Shown: positions 9,989-21,108 of the stretch, one piece after another
Position numbering within the stretch: the stretch's first letter is position 1
Layout: every line of letters starts with the position of its first letter
DNA from: an uncultured delta proteobacterium
Lineage (GTDB): Bacteria > Desulfobacterota > Binatia > UBA9968
Assembly (NCBI GenBank): GCA_963771465.1
Contig: CAVYTU010000017.1
Coordinates: 832,001-896,000, forward strand
Direction of reading: 5' to 3'
Length of the DNA stretch: 64,000 nucleotides
Made by a program: the position numbers and the translations under genes
The notes under the pieces: generated by a model
Databases searched by the model: none
Told to the model about the DNA's origin: nothing
What the model saw: only the letters and a program-made list of their open reading frames with translations

Positions 9989-10795
9989 CTAGCGGGAGCG
10001 GGTGTCGAGCCGTTCCTGCAGGGCGTCGCCAACTAAGTTGAGCGCGAGCACGGTGAGCATGATGGCGAGGCCGGGGTAGGTGGTGAGATGAGGCGCGACG
10101 AGGAGAAATTGCCGCCCGTCGTTGAGCATCGATCCCCATGACGGCGTCGGCGGTTCGACGCCCAGGCCGAGAAAACTCAGGCTGCCTTCGGCGACGATCG
10201 CCGCTGCCAGGCCGAAGGTGGACTGAATCAAAAGCGGCGGCAGTAGATTGGGCAACAGATGGCGCAGGATGATGCGCCAAGGCGGACAACCGAGAGCGCG
10301 CGCGGCTTGGATGAATTCTCTTTCCCGAAGCGCGAGAATCTCGCCGCGGACCAAGCGCGCATAGCTGGTCCAGCCGATTAAACAGAGCGCGATAATCACG
10401 TGATCGAGCCCCGGCCCGAGCACGGCGGTGAATGCGATGGCGAGCAGAATGCCGGGAAAGGCGAGGAGAATGTCGACCAGTCGCATCGCCAGTTGATCGA
10501 TCCAGCCGCCGCAGTAACCGGACAGTGAGCCGACGATGAGGCCGATGGCTAACGAAAGCGTGACCGTGCTGATGCCGACGAGCAGGGAAATGCGGCCGCC
10601 ATGGAGAATGCGGCTGAGGATATCGCGGCCGAGCTTGTCGGTGCCGAGAGGATGATCGGCGGAATAGCCGGTTAAGTCTTCGGACAGACTCTGCCGCAGC
10701 GGATGGTGCGGCGTGATCAGCGGTGCAAACAGCGCCGAGACGATTAAGACGAGCAAAGTCCCAGCGCCGATAGCGAGCCAGAGTTTGTTATTCAT
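9989..10795 (-). CDS. dppC: Peptide/nickel ABC transporter permease, DppC/OppC-like
   Basis: HPLGTDKLGRDILSR, REFIQAARALG, LSFLGLG..PPTPSWG. Confidence 0.9.
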   Translation of the reverse strand: MNNKLWLAIGAGTLLVLIVSALFAPLITPHHPLRQSLSEDLTGYSADHPLGTDKLGRDILSRILHGGRISLLVGISTVTLSLAIGLIVGSLSGYCGGWIDQLAMRLVDILLAFPGILLAIAFTAVLGPGLDHVIIALCLIGWTSYARLVRGEILALREREFIQAARALGCPPWRIILRHLLPNLLPPLLIQSTFGLAAAIVAEGSLSFLGLGVEPPTPSWGSMLNDGRQFLLVAPHLTTYPGLAIMLTVLALNLVGDALQERLDTRSR

Positions 10796-11717
10796 AGCTC
10801 ACGCGCGGATCGACGAGCTTGTAGACAAGGTCGGTAAAGAAATTTACCAGCAGGTAAGAGACGGCGATCACCAGGACACAGCCTTGGACGAGCGGGTAGT
10901 CGCGCGTCTGGATCGCTTGCACGGTCAAACGGCCGATGCCGGGCCAACTGAAAATCGTTTCGGTGATCAGCGAGCCGGCGAGCACGGCGCCGAATTGCAG
11001 GCTCATGATCGTAACCACGGATATCAGCGCGTTACGCAGCGTGTGTTTGAGCCAGACCTGTTTTTCCGCCAGGCCCTTGGCGCGCGCCGTGCGCACGAAG
11101 TCTTCATGCATCGTCTGCAGCAAACTGGCGCGCAGTATGCGAGTTAAAATAGCCGCCATACCCAAGCCGAGCGTTAGCGCCGGTAAAACTAAATGGCCGA
11201 AACTGCCGCGCCCGGAAACCGGCAACCAGCCGAGTTGAATTGAAAACAAGATCATTAGCAACGGGCCGAGCCAAAAGTTAGGCAGCGAAAGACCGAGCAA
11301 AGAAAAAAACAACGCGGCGCGATCGAGCCAGCGGCCGCGGTTCACCGCGGCGAGAATGGCCAGGGGAAATGAAATGAGTAATGCGGCGATCATGGCGCAC
11401 AGCGCGAGCTGCAAAGTCGCCGGCAGGCGCGCGCCGATGATCGCCCCGACGCTCGCCTGTTCGTAAAGCGAGCGCCCCAGGTCGCCGGTGGAGAAGTTGG
11501 TTAGAAAGTTTCGATATTGGGTCAGCATGGGCTGGTCGAGACCGAGGTTTCGGCGCAGTTCTTGTTTGTCAGCGCTGGTAGCGGTCTCGCCGAGCATAAC
11601 TTCGACCGGGTCGCCGGGGATGAGATGAATCAGCACGAATACCAACGTCAGCGCGCCGAGCAAGGTCGGCAGCAGGAGCAAGAGACGTTGGATGAAATAG
11701 CGTTTCACGGAATCCAT
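10788..11717 (-). CDS. dppB: Peptide/nickel ABC transporter permease, DppB/OppB-like
   Basis: IPGDPV, DFVRTARAKGL, ETIFSWPGIG, RDYPLVQG. Confidence 0.9.
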   Translation of the reverse strand: MDSVKRYFIQRLLLLLPTLLGALTLVFVLIHLIPGDPVEVMLGETATSADKQELRRNLGLDQPMLTQYRNFLTNFSTGDLGRSLYEQASVGAIIGARLPATLQLALCAMIAALLISFPLAILAAVNRGRWLDRAALFFSLLGLSLPNFWLGPLLMILFSIQLGWLPVSGRGSFGHLVLPALTLGLGMAAILTRILRASLLQTMHEDFVRTARAKGLAEKQVWLKHTLRNALISVVTIMSLQFGAVLAGSLITETIFSWPGIGRLTVQAIQTRDYPLVQGCVLVIAVSYLLVNFFTDLVYKLVDPRVSYE

Positions 11718-11748
11718 CTAATACAACTGGATATTCGTTGCGCCCAAT

Positions 11749-11826
11749 TCCGTCATTCCCGCCACGCGGGAATCCAGGTTTGTTGCGCCGAAATGCCCGG
11801 ATACCCGCTTTCGCGGGTATGACGGA
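11749..11826. repeat. REP-like intergenic palindromic element (CGTCATTCCCGC...GCGGGTATGACG)
   Basis: Terminal inverted repeats with two internal hairpins (ATTCCCGC..GCGGGAAT; ATACCCGC..GCGGGTAT). Confidence 0.85.
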
Positions 11827-11837
11827 TCAGAGAACAT

Positions 11838-13379
11838 TCAGCGCATCGATACATTCTTAAACGAAATCAAGTCGCCGTCGGGATAGGGTACGAAGTCTTT
11901 GACCGACGGTTGCTTCACGACGACATTTCTCCACCACCAGAGCGGCACGTAGGGAAGATCCTCGGCGAGTCGTTTTTGGATTTGACTGTAGATGGATTTG
12001 CGTTGGGCTTCGTCCAAGGTCATACGCCCGCGTTCCAGCAATCGGTCTATCTCCGGGTTGCTGTAGCGGCCGCGGTTGTCGCCATTGGGCGGCACGCTGA
12101 CTGAGTGGAAGATCTGATACTGAATATCGGGGTCCAAGATACCGACCCAGGCGAGCGAATAGAGATGAAAATTGCCTTGCTTGATATCGCTGAAAAACGT
12201 GCCCCACTCGTAGCTGCGAATTTCCAGCTCGATGCCGACACTTTGCAGCTGCTCTTTGAGCGCCTCAGCGATGCGCCGGCGCAGATCGATGTTGGTCGTC
12301 TTAAACGACAGGCGAAAGCGCGGCTGCGGTCCGTTGCCGTCAGGATCGCGGTAGCCGGCTTCGTCAAGCAATCTTTTCGCCTTCTCCGGATCATGCGGCC
12401 ATAGTCTAACGCTGTCATCGAAGGCCCAGTTTGCCGGCGCCAGGATACCGCTGGCGGCATCGCCGATGCCTTTAAGCAGATGACGAATGATGGCATCCCG
12501 GTCGATGGCGAGCGCGATGGCTTGGCGTACTCTGGAATGTTGGAGAATCGGGTGGGTCAGGTTAATACCGATGTACTGAAATGTCGTACCCTGATGAACT
12601 CCAATATCCGCGTGGGTATTATTTTTGAGCCACGGCAGCATGTCGGGCTCGATATCGTTTTGCATAAAATCGATGGTGCCTTTTTTAAACTCCAATACCC
12701 GCACCATGGCGTCGGGAACGTTCTTGAATACGACACCGGCGAGTGGCGGTTTGCCGTCGAAATAATTCGCATTGGCTTTCAGGGTGACTTTCTCGCCCGT
12801 ATCCACCGTCTCCAACATGAACGGGCCCGAACCTGGCGGCGGTTTGTCATTGGACGGCGAACCGGCGGGCACGATGCCGAGGGTAAACTGTTCGACAAAG
12901 GGCGCGTGCGGCGCGTTGAGTTCGAAGCGCAACTCGTGGGTGCCGGTTTGTTCGACGGACGCGAGATGCTTGAGCATGCCGCGTTTGGGCGAATGGGTAG
13001 CGGGATTGAGAATCGATTCGAAAGTGTATTTAACATCGGCCGCGGTGAGTGGTCGGCCATCGTGGAAGCGCACGCCGCGGCGTAAATTAAATTCAAAGCT
13101 GCGCTCGTCGAGTCGGCGCCAACTGGCAGCGAGCTCGGGTCGCAGCCGCAAATGCTCATCGGTGCGCAGCAAGGAGCTGTAAATCAGATTGCCGACTCGC
13201 ACGGAATTGGCGTCGGTGGCATGGCGCGGATCGAGCTGAAGCGGCTGGCTTTCGATGCCGGCGACGAGATAACCCGGCGGCCGGTCGGCCGGCGCATTGC
13301 GGCACGCGGTGTTGAATAATACGAGCGTAACGATGAGAGGGAGCAAAAAAGTTCGGCGCGCCAAGCTATTTCTCGACAA
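11838..13379 (-). CDS. Peptide ABC transporter substrate-binding lipoprotein (family 5)
   Basis: Lipobox-like NTAC, LRRGVRFHDGRPLTAADVKYTF, GSGPF, RVRQAIALAIDR. Confidence 0.9.
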   Translation of the reverse strand: MSRNSLARRTFLLPLIVTLVLFNTACRNAPADRPPGYLVAGIESQPLQLDPRHATDANSVRVGNLIYSSLLRTDEHLRLRPELAASWRRLDERSFEFNLRRGVRFHDGRPLTAADVKYTFESILNPATHSPKRGMLKHLASVEQTGTHELRFELNAPHAPFVEQFTLGIVPAGSPSNDKPPPGSGPFMLETVDTGEKVTLKANANYFDGKPPLAGVVFKNVPDAMVRVLEFKKGTIDFMQNDIEPDMLPWLKNNTHADIGVHQGTTFQYIGINLTHPILQHSRVRQAIALAIDRDAIIRHLLKGIGDAASGILAPANWAFDDSVRLWPHDPEKAKRLLDEAGYRDPDGNGPQPRFRLSFKTTNIDLRRRIAEALKEQLQSVGIELEIRSYEWGTFFSDIKQGNFHLYSLAWVGILDPDIQYQIFHSVSVPPNGDNRGRYSNPEIDRLLERGRMTLDEAQRKSIYSQIQKRLAEDLPYVPLWWWRNVVVKQPSVKDFVPYPDGDLISFKNVSMR

Positions 13380-13436
13380 AAATTTTGACTGACCATAGCT
13401 TGTTTGCTACACTCGGTCAATTTTCATCATCCCCTC

Positions 13437-14675
13437 ATGACGACCCATATCCATTCTCTAATCCGCAGCGCGATTGTTATCTTGGCGCTAACTTTGCCTA
13501 TCCGGTCGTTGGCGCAGGATTCGCCGTTCTCGGTGCCGGAGGGATTGACAGGCGCCGTTGAGTTTTGGAAGCAGATCTTTACCCGCTACGACTCTAGCGA
13601 CGTGGTATTGTTCGATCCCCTCGATCCGGGAAAAATTTACAGCGTCTTGCGCGTGCCCGAGAACGATGAGGGTCGTGCTCAGGTGAGTAAAGAGCGGGCG
13701 CGCATCTCCTCCGAGTATGACCTGATCGACGATGAGACGCGGATTCGCAGCCAACGCGGCGCCAAGGATCATTTCCGCGAGGGGTTGAGAATCTCCGGGC
13801 GGTACATGGCGCAGATGCAAAAAATCTTTCGCGACGAAGGTCTGCCGGCGGAGATCGCCTACCTGCCGCTGGTGGAGTCGTCTTTCAACATTCGCGCGCG
13901 TTCGAGCGTGGGCGCTTTAGGCATGTGGCAGTTCATGCCTGCGACCGGCAAGAAATTCATGCGCATCGACGCGGCGGTGGATGAGCGGCGCGATCCGATG
14001 GCATCGACGCGGGCGGCGGCGCGTTTGCTCAAACAGAACTATCAAATCCTCGGCAACTGGCCGTTGGCGATCACCGCCTACAATCACGGTACGGACGGCA
14101 TATTCCGCGGCATTAAGGCGGTCGAATCGGATGATCTCGTCGATCTGATTCGCGGTTATCAATCGCCGACCTTCGGTTTCGCTTCCAAGAATTTCTACGC
14201 CGAGTTTCTCGCGGTGGTTCAAATCGCCGGCAACAGCGAAACCTTCTTCCCGTTTCTACGCCATCATCGCCCGGTGAACTTGCGCGAAGTCGCGCTCAAG
14301 CGGCCGGTGGCGCTCAACGCCGTGCTCAAGCCCGCGGCGATTTCTCACAGCCAGTTTTTCGCCTGGAACCCAGCGCTGGAACCGACCACCAAGGTGTTGC
14401 CGCTCGGTTACCGAGTGAATCTGCCCGCGGAAAAAGTCGATCAGTTTGTCAGCGCGCAAAGCCGTGCGGGTGAAGGGAGAAAGATTAAAAAGACAATGGC
14501 CGCAAACACCCAGGCCAACGTGGCGGCGGCAAAATCTCGCGGCGCGCACGCACAAAGGATCGTCGCTCCGCCCAGCCGGAGTGCCGGCGCAAGCGTGAAA
14601 GCTAACGCATCGCCTATCGCTAAGCGGCAAAGATCGAACAAGACGCCGCAGACGTTCAAGATCGTTTCTCGTTAG
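13437..14675 (+). CDS. Lytic murein transglycosylase, MltD-like
   Basis: LPLVESSF, GALGMWQFMPATG, AITAYNHG; basic low-complexity tail. Confidence 0.85.
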   Translation: MTTHIHSLIRSAIVILALTLPIRSLAQDSPFSVPEGLTGAVEFWKQIFTRYDSSDVVLFDPLDPGKIYSVLRVPENDEGRAQVSKERARISSEYDLIDDETRIRSQRGAKDHFREGLRISGRYMAQMQKIFRDEGLPAEIAYLPLVESSFNIRARSSVGALGMWQFMPATGKKFMRIDAAVDERRDPMASTRAAARLLKQNYQILGNWPLAITAYNHGTDGIFRGIKAVESDDLVDLIRGYQSPTFGFASKNFYAEFLAVVQIAGNSETFFPFLRHHRPVNLREVALKRPVALNAVLKPAAISHSQFFAWNPALEPTTKVLPLGYRVNLPAEKVDQFVSAQSRAGEGRKIKKTMAANTQANVAAAKSRGAHAQRIVAPPSRSAGASVKANASPIAKRQRSNKTPQTFKIVSR

Positions 14676-14755
14676 TTCATTCCTAGCCGCTAAGGCGCGC
14701 GGATGACGCGTCGGTTGGTGGCAAACTCGTGATTGTCCTGTCACCGCTCTCAGGG

Positions 14756-14783
14756 TTGCAGGTAGTCAAGCTTAGCTTATAAT
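14756..14783 (+). promoter_or_regulatory. Possible sigma70 promoter for the ccsA-hem operon
   Basis: TTGCAG-16 nt-TATAAT, ending 12 nt before the ATG. Confidence 0.4.
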
Positions 14784-14795
14784 GACCGTGATTTC

Positions 14796-15614
14796 ATGGA
14801 ACCGCTCTTGGTCAAGATTACCGCGGCGATTTATCTACTTGCGGCGGCAAGCTATTTCTATTTCGTTTTCCGAAAAGATAGTTCGTCGCGACTCTCGGCG
14901 CTGGCTTTGACGGCTGGATTTGCGCTGCACACTGCCGCGCTGACCAATCGATTCGTCAGTGAGGGGTTCGCCGCAGTGGCGCTCATCGGCGAGGCGCTAC
15001 TTTTCAAGAGCTGGTTGATGGTCGGGCTTTATCTTTTGTTCCAGCTCAAGTATCGCCTGACCGTGCTCGGCGGCATCGTTGCCCCGTTGGCTTGCTTGAT
15101 GTGTCTGGCGGCCTTTGCCTTCGGCACCACGGGCGGCGAAATTCCGCCCGGCTTGGAATCCGTTTGGCTGCCGGTGCACGTTACCTTGGCGTTTCTCGGC
15201 AATGCCGTGTTTGCCCTCGCGTTCGGCGTGAGCTTGATTTACCTGCTGCAGGAGCGTCACCTCAAACACAAGAAGATGACCGCGCTGATGAAGCGCTTTC
15301 CCTCGCTCGAATCCTTGGACCGGTTGAATTACGTCTTGTTGGTTTGGGGTTTTCCCTTGATGACGCTGGGGATTCTCACCGGCAGCGTCTGGGCGGGAAT
15401 TCACTGGGGCACTTATTGGTCTTGGGAACCGCGCCAGATCTCTTCCGGCATCGCCTGGTTGTTCTACGGTGCGATACTTCATGGCCGCATCACCGCCGGC
15501 TTGCGTGGCAAGAAGGTGGCAGTGCTGACGATGGTCGGTTTCTGCGTGGTGCTCGGCTACTTTCTGTGGGGCGAAGCCGTGTTTCCCAGCCGTCACGGCG
15601 GACGGTTCGAGTAA
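14796..15614 (+). CDS. ccsA: Cytochrome c assembly protein CcsA/HemX family
   Basis: WWD-like TGSVWAGIHWGTYWSWEPRQ, PSLESLDRL, conserved His residues; precedes hemA. Confidence 0.85.
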   Translation: MEPLLVKITAAIYLLAAASYFYFVFRKDSSSRLSALALTAGFALHTAALTNRFVSEGFAAVALIGEALLFKSWLMVGLYLLFQLKYRLTVLGGIVAPLACLMCLAAFAFGTTGGEIPPGLESVWLPVHVTLAFLGNAVFALAFGVSLIYLLQERHLKHKKMTALMKRFPSLESLDRLNYVLLVWGFPLMTLGILTGSVWAGIHWGTYWSWEPRQISSGIAWLFYGAILHGRITAGLRGKKVAVLTMVGFCVVLGYFLWGEAVFPSRHGGRFE

Positions 15615-15617
15615 ATC

Positions 15618-16901
15618 GTGCACAAAGAAATCGTCATCGTCGGTCTCAACCACCGCAGCGCGCCGATCGAAGTGCGCGAGAGCGTGGCTTTTGAGAACGC
15701 TTACCTGCGCGACGCGCTGGCGCGCTTGCATGGCTATTCGTCGATCGACGAAGGGGTGATTCTTTCCACCTGTAATCGGGTCGAGGTCGTTGCCGCGGCG
15801 GCCGATCGTCGAGTGGCGCTCAGCGATATCACCGGCTTTCTGAGCGAACAAAAAATGCACCGTCAGCTGGGCGCCATCGATGAGCATATTTATTGTTATC
15901 ATGGCGCCGATGCGGTCCGTCATCTGTTCCGCGTCGCCGCCAGCCTCGACTCCATGGTCGTCGGCGAGCCGCAGATTCTCGGCCAGTTGAAGGCATACTA
16001 CGAGCGAGCGCAGCAGGCGGGCACCGTCGGCACCATTCTGCATCGGCTCTTTCATCGCTCTTTTTCGGTGGCGAAACGGGTGCGCACGGAGACCGGCATC
16101 GGCAGCGGCGCGGTGTCTGTCAGCTCGGTGGCGGTGGATTTTGCCAAGCGCATTTTCGATCGCTTCGACGATAAAACCGTGATGTTGATCGGCGCCGGCA
16201 AGATGGGCGATCTGATGGCCCGTCACCTGCAAAGCCACGGCGTGCGCAGTCTCATGGTGACCAATCGGACGTTTGAGCGCGCGGTGGAATTGGCCGAGCG
16301 GATTCACGGTAATCCGATCCGCTTCGAGGACTTTCCCCAGTATTTGAAAATGGCCGATTTGGTGATCGGCTGCACCGGCGCGCCGGAAGTTTTAGTCGAC
16401 GCGGCGCAAGTCGATAAAGTGCTGCGCGAACGCAAGCAGCGGGCGATGTTTTTCATCGACGTCGGCGACCGGCGCAACTTCGACGCCAAGATCAACGACC
16501 TCGACAACGTTTATCTTTACAACATCGATGATCTCAAAAGCGTCGCCGACGAAAATCTCCAAGGACGCTCCAACGAGGCGAACAAAGCCGAGGGCATTGT
16601 ACAAGACGAAGTGCAGAGCTTCGTGCGCTGGATCGGCTCTTTGGAACAGGTGCCGACGATCGCGGCATTGCGCCAGCGCTTCGACGATATTCGCCGCGGC
16701 GAGCTGGAAAAATCCCTGGGCGGCAGTCTCAAGGACTTATCCCATCAACAACGCGCCGCGTTGGAAGACATGACCACGGCGATGATCAACAAGATGCTGC
16801 ACGGGCCCATCGCGCAATTGAAAAATAATAGCGACAACGACAACGAAGCGACGCTTTACGTCGCCGCGCTGAAAAAGCTCTTCGACCTGGAGGGCAAGTG
16901 A
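15618..16901 (+). CDS. hemA: Glutamyl-tRNA reductase
   Basis: GLNHRSAP, LSTCNRVE, SLDSMVVGEPQILGQ, GAGKMG. Confidence 0.97.
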   Translation: MHKEIVIVGLNHRSAPIEVRESVAFENAYLRDALARLHGYSSIDEGVILSTCNRVEVVAAAADRRVALSDITGFLSEQKMHRQLGAIDEHIYCYHGADAVRHLFRVAASLDSMVVGEPQILGQLKAYYERAQQAGTVGTILHRLFHRSFSVAKRVRTETGIGSGAVSVSSVAVDFAKRIFDRFDDKTVMLIGAGKMGDLMARHLQSHGVRSLMVTNRTFERAVELAERIHGNPIRFEDFPQYLKMADLVIGCTGAPEVLVDAAQVDKVLRERKQRAMFFIDVGDRRNFDAKINDLDNVYLYNIDDLKSVADENLQGRSNEANKAEGIVQDEVQSFVRWIGSLEQVPTIAALRQRFDDIRRGELEKSLGGSLKDLSHQQRAALEDMTTAMINKMLHGPIAQLKNNSDNDNEATLYVAALKKLFDLEGK

Positions 16902-17809
16902 TGCTTGTCCGCATCGGCGGCCGCGGTAGCCTGTTGGCGTTGGCGCAAGCGAATTGGCTGAAACGCGAAGTCGAAGCCCATTACCCAGAGGCGCAGGTCG
17001 ATTTGACGATCATCAAAACCAGCGGCGACCAGTTCGTCGACCGGCCCATCGCCGCCATTGGCGGTAAAGGCGTTTTCACCAAAGAGATCGAAGATGCGTT
17101 GCTCCGAAATGACATCGACATCGCGGTGCATTCGATGAAGGATTTGCCGACCGACAGGGTCGCGGGTTTAACGATCGCCGTCATGCCGCGGCGTGAAGAC
17201 GCGCGGGACGTTCTCGTCAGTCGAGACGGACGAATATTCCGCGAATTGCCTGCTAACGCGCGGCTGGCGACGGGGAGTTTGCGGCGGCGCTCGCAATTGC
17301 TGCATTATCGCAGCGATCTCGCGTTGACGCCGATCCGTGGCAACATCGATACGCGTTTGCGCAAACTCGATGACGGTGCAGCCGATGGTTTGATCATGGC
17401 GGCGGCCGGGTTGAAACGCATTGGCCAGGAAGGGCGTATAACCGAGTATTTGCCGGACGAGATTTGCGTCAGCGCCGTCGCCCAGGGCGCCCTCGGCATC
17501 CAGGCGCGCGACGACGGCGCCATGGGCAAGATGTTGGCGTTTCTGCATGATTCCAATACCCATGCCGAGGTGACGGCGGAACGAGCATTGCTCGAAAGAT
17601 TGGGCGGCGGCTGTCACGTGCCGATCGGCGCGCGCGCGCGCGCGAGTGCCGATTCGCTGGCCATGATCGCTGTGGTGGCCCAACCGGACGGCAAGTCGCT
17701 CTGTCGGGGAAAAATAACGGGGAAGGCGAGCGAGGCGGCTGAGCTTGGCCGGGATTTGGCCGAGCAGTTACTGCGGGACGGTGCCGATAAGTTGTTGGCA
17801 AAGAACTGA
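16898..17809 (+). CDS. hemC: Hydroxymethylbilane synthase
   Basis: GKGVFTKEIE, AVHSMKD, TGSLRR, RGNIDTRLRKL, GGCHVPIG. Confidence 0.97.
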   Translation: MMLVRIGGRGSLLALAQANWLKREVEAHYPEAQVDLTIIKTSGDQFVDRPIAAIGGKGVFTKEIEDALLRNDIDIAVHSMKDLPTDRVAGLTIAVMPRREDARDVLVSRDGRIFRELPANARLATGSLRRRSQLLHYRSDLALTPIRGNIDTRLRKLDDGAADGLIMAAAGLKRIGQEGRITEYLPDEICVSAVAQGALGIQARDDGAMGKMLAFLHDSNTHAEVTAERALLERLGGGCHVPIGARARASADSLAMIAVVAQPDGKSLCRGKITGKASEAAELGRDLAEQLLRDGADKLLAKN

Positions 17810-17813
17810 GGCT

Positions 17814-18647
17814 ATGAGCAAGTCTGCGCCAGTTCGCCATGCCGTAAAAGCCGCCGGAGCGGAAAAACCGCTTGCCGGGCGACGGGTCGTCGTCACGCGC
17901 GCGCGCGCGCAAGCGGGAGTCTTGGCGCAGCGCATCACTGATCTTGGCGGTGTGGTGATCGAGTGTCCGACCATCGAGATTCAACCGCCGGGCGATTTTC
18001 TCGCCTTCGATCGAGCACTGGCGCGGCTTGACTCCTACGACTGGCTGATCTTCACCAGCGTCAATAGCGTCGAGCCATTTCTTTCGCGGCTCGATCATGT
18101 CGGCAAACGTGTCGCTCAACTGGCGCGATTGAAGGTCGCGGCGATCGGTTCGGAGACGGCGAAGCGGCTCGATGCCGCGGGAATTTCCGTCACTGTGGTT
18201 CCACAGCGCTATCAAGCCGAGGGCCTGCTCGATTCGCTCGGTGCCGATGAGATGGCCGGTAAAAATGTCCTGATTCCGCGCGCCGCCAAAGCGCGCAACG
18301 TGTTGCCGGAAACGTTGCGCCAGTGGGGCGCCAACGTCGACGTGGTTGAAGCCTATCGCACCGCGGCGCCGAATATCGACGTCGCGGCACTGCGCCAGCG
18401 TTTGCAGCGCGGTGATGCGGATATCGTGACGTTTACCAGTTCGAGCACGGTGAGTAACTTCGTTGAGCTTTTTGCCGCAGCTGATCTTCCGTCTATCGTT
18501 GGCACCGCTGCGGTCGCCTGCATCGGTCCGATTACTGCAAAGACCGTTGAAGATCTCGGCGGCAAGGTCGCCATTACGGCCCGTGAATTCACCATCGACG
18601 GGTTGGTTAAGGCGATGGTCGATTATTGTAACGCCGACACTAAGTGA
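17814..18647 (+). CDS. hemD: Uroporphyrinogen-III synthase
   Basis: VVVTRARAQ, WLIFTSVNSV, TFTSSSTV, ACIGPITA. Confidence 0.93.
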   Translation: MSKSAPVRHAVKAAGAEKPLAGRRVVVTRARAQAGVLAQRITDLGGVVIECPTIEIQPPGDFLAFDRALARLDSYDWLIFTSVNSVEPFLSRLDHVGKRVAQLARLKVAAIGSETAKRLDAAGISVTVVPQRYQAEGLLDSLGADEMAGKNVLIPRAAKARNVLPETLRQWGANVDVVEAYRTAAPNIDVAALRQRLQRGDADIVTFTSSSTVSNFVELFAAADLPSIVGTAAVACIGPITAKTVEDLGGKVAITAREFTIDGLVKAMVDYCNADTK

Positions 18648-18710
18648 ACCCGTCCAAACGCAATAAGCTCCGGCAAAAATACTTTAAAGAGTTTCAGTCG
18701 GGAGAACAGA

Positions 18711-19690
<980 letters not shown>

Positions 19691-19693
19691 CCG

Positions 19694-19954
19694 TCAAAGC
19701 AAATTCCACAGGTCCTTGATTTTTCTTCGGAGCGTGCGCTCGCACTCGGCTTCGCGGCCGTCGGTATAAACCTGGTTTGCCGACAGACGGAAGATCAATA
19801 CGCGCGCGCCTTTTGCGAGCCGCACGATGAAGGTGTTCGAATCGTCTTCAAAGATCACATCGGCGGCGATTGCCGGATCGGCGCTGCGGGCGATGTCTTG
19901 AGCCCAGGTCGCAAGTTGAGGGCACGCGGCTTCGCCCCTATGGTCACTCAGCAT
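19694..19954 (-). CDS. Hypothetical protein (86 aa)
   Basis: Fills the gap exactly, co-oriented with the upstream SBP; no recognisable family. Confidence 0.55.
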   Translation of the reverse strand: MLSDHRGEAACPQLATWAQDIARSADPAIAADVIFEDDSNTFIVRLAKGARVLIFRLSANQVYTDGREAECERTLRRKIKDLWNLL

Positions 19955-19972
19955 CGCAACGGCACAAGCGGA

Positions 19973-20986
19973 TCATTTCTTCTTATAGAGGCCGTCGATG
20001 AAGCCGCTTTGATCGAGCTCGCGGATAAAAGTGTTGTCGACGAACTGCTCTGGCTTCACTGATTTCGCTCTTGGGTCTCTTTCAGCGAGATCTTCTATGA
20101 CAGTTTTGAGGCCCTCTAGGCTCGGATACTGTTTTTTCGGATAGAGCGTTTCGTGCATGACATTTTCGTAGCTCTTTTGGAGAATCTCGCGATCGAGGCC
20201 GCTGCCCATGTATTTGCTGAGCGCGCGAATGGTCGCTTCCTTGTCGGTCCACATTCTGTGCACGGCTTCGACATGGGCTCGGACATAGCGCCGCACGATG
20301 TCGTTGTGTTCGCGAATGTACTTCTTGGTGGTTGCCGCGCCGGTGTGTTGAAACACCAATCCCATCTGCGCGACATCGGCGATCACCGCCATGCCGCGCT
20401 TCTCGGCGATGAAACTTGATGGCGGGTTGATCACCGCCGCGGTTACCCTGCCGGTCTGTAAGGCGCCCAAGCGCTCCGGTCCACTGCCGACTTGAATCAG
20501 CGTGACGTCCTTGCCAACGCTCAGCCCAACTCTCTTCAAGGCGAAACGGGCGATGGAATCCGTCGCCGAGCCGAACCGGCTGATTGCCAACGTGCCGCCT
20601 TTTAGTTGCTCGATGGTTTTTACACCGGGTTTACCCATCAAGACATAATTTAGCGACGTGATGCCCGCAGCGACGAAGACCGCGTCTGAACCGCCGATAC
20701 CACTGCTCACCAGGCCCGGCCCAGAAACTTGCGTGATCGGCACATCTCCGGAAACCAGAGCCAGGATCGCAGTTGAACCGCCGGTAAAGAAAATCAGCTG
20801 GACGTCGAGTCCATTCTTGGCGAAGATTCCCGCGTCCTTGGCGACCCAGGCCGGTAACTGGTCAGCGCTGACAGCGCTGTAGCCAACGTTGAGGCGGGTC
20901 GTCTGGGCGAGGCTAATTTTGAGCCGACAGCAAAAAGCGAGCGACAAGTGAGCAAATAAATCCCCAATATATTTTTTCGATTTCAT
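19973..20986 (-). CDS. ABC transporter substrate-binding protein, SsuA/NMT1-like
   Basis: GGAGG RBS, WVAKDAGIFAKNGLDV, LKGGTLAISRFGS, FVDNTFIRELDQSGFI. Confidence 0.9.
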   Translation of the reverse strand: MKSKKYIGDLFAHLSLAFCCRLKISLAQTTRLNVGYSAVSADQLPAWVAKDAGIFAKNGLDVQLIFFTGGSTAILALVSGDVPITQVSGPGLVSSGIGGSDAVFVAAGITSLNYVLMGKPGVKTIEQLKGGTLAISRFGSATDSIARFALKRVGLSVGKDVTLIQVGSGPERLGALQTGRVTAAVINPPSSFIAEKRGMAVIADVAQMGLVFQHTGAATTKKYIREHNDIVRRYVRAHVEAVHRMWTDKEATIRALSKYMGSGLDREILQKSYENVMHETLYPKKQYPSLEGLKTVIEDLAERDPRAKSVKPEQFVDNTFIRELDQSGFIDGLYKKK

Positions 20987-21047
20987 TAGTCACCTCCTAC
21001 GATGATCTGTCAAAGAAATTACTATCACAGGACGCAGGGCCAGAAAC

Positions 21048-21080
21048 AAGAAAGCCCCTGCCGACGGCAGAGGCTTTCTT
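21048..21080 (-). terminator. Rho-independent terminator closing the cytochrome cluster (possibly bidirectional)
   Basis: AAGAAAGCC(c)CTGCCG-ac-GGCAG(a)GGCTTTCTT inverted repeat with U-rich tails. Confidence 0.75.
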
Positions 21081-21108
21081 TAGGACGAATTAGAAGCGCA
21101 TTGAGTGT

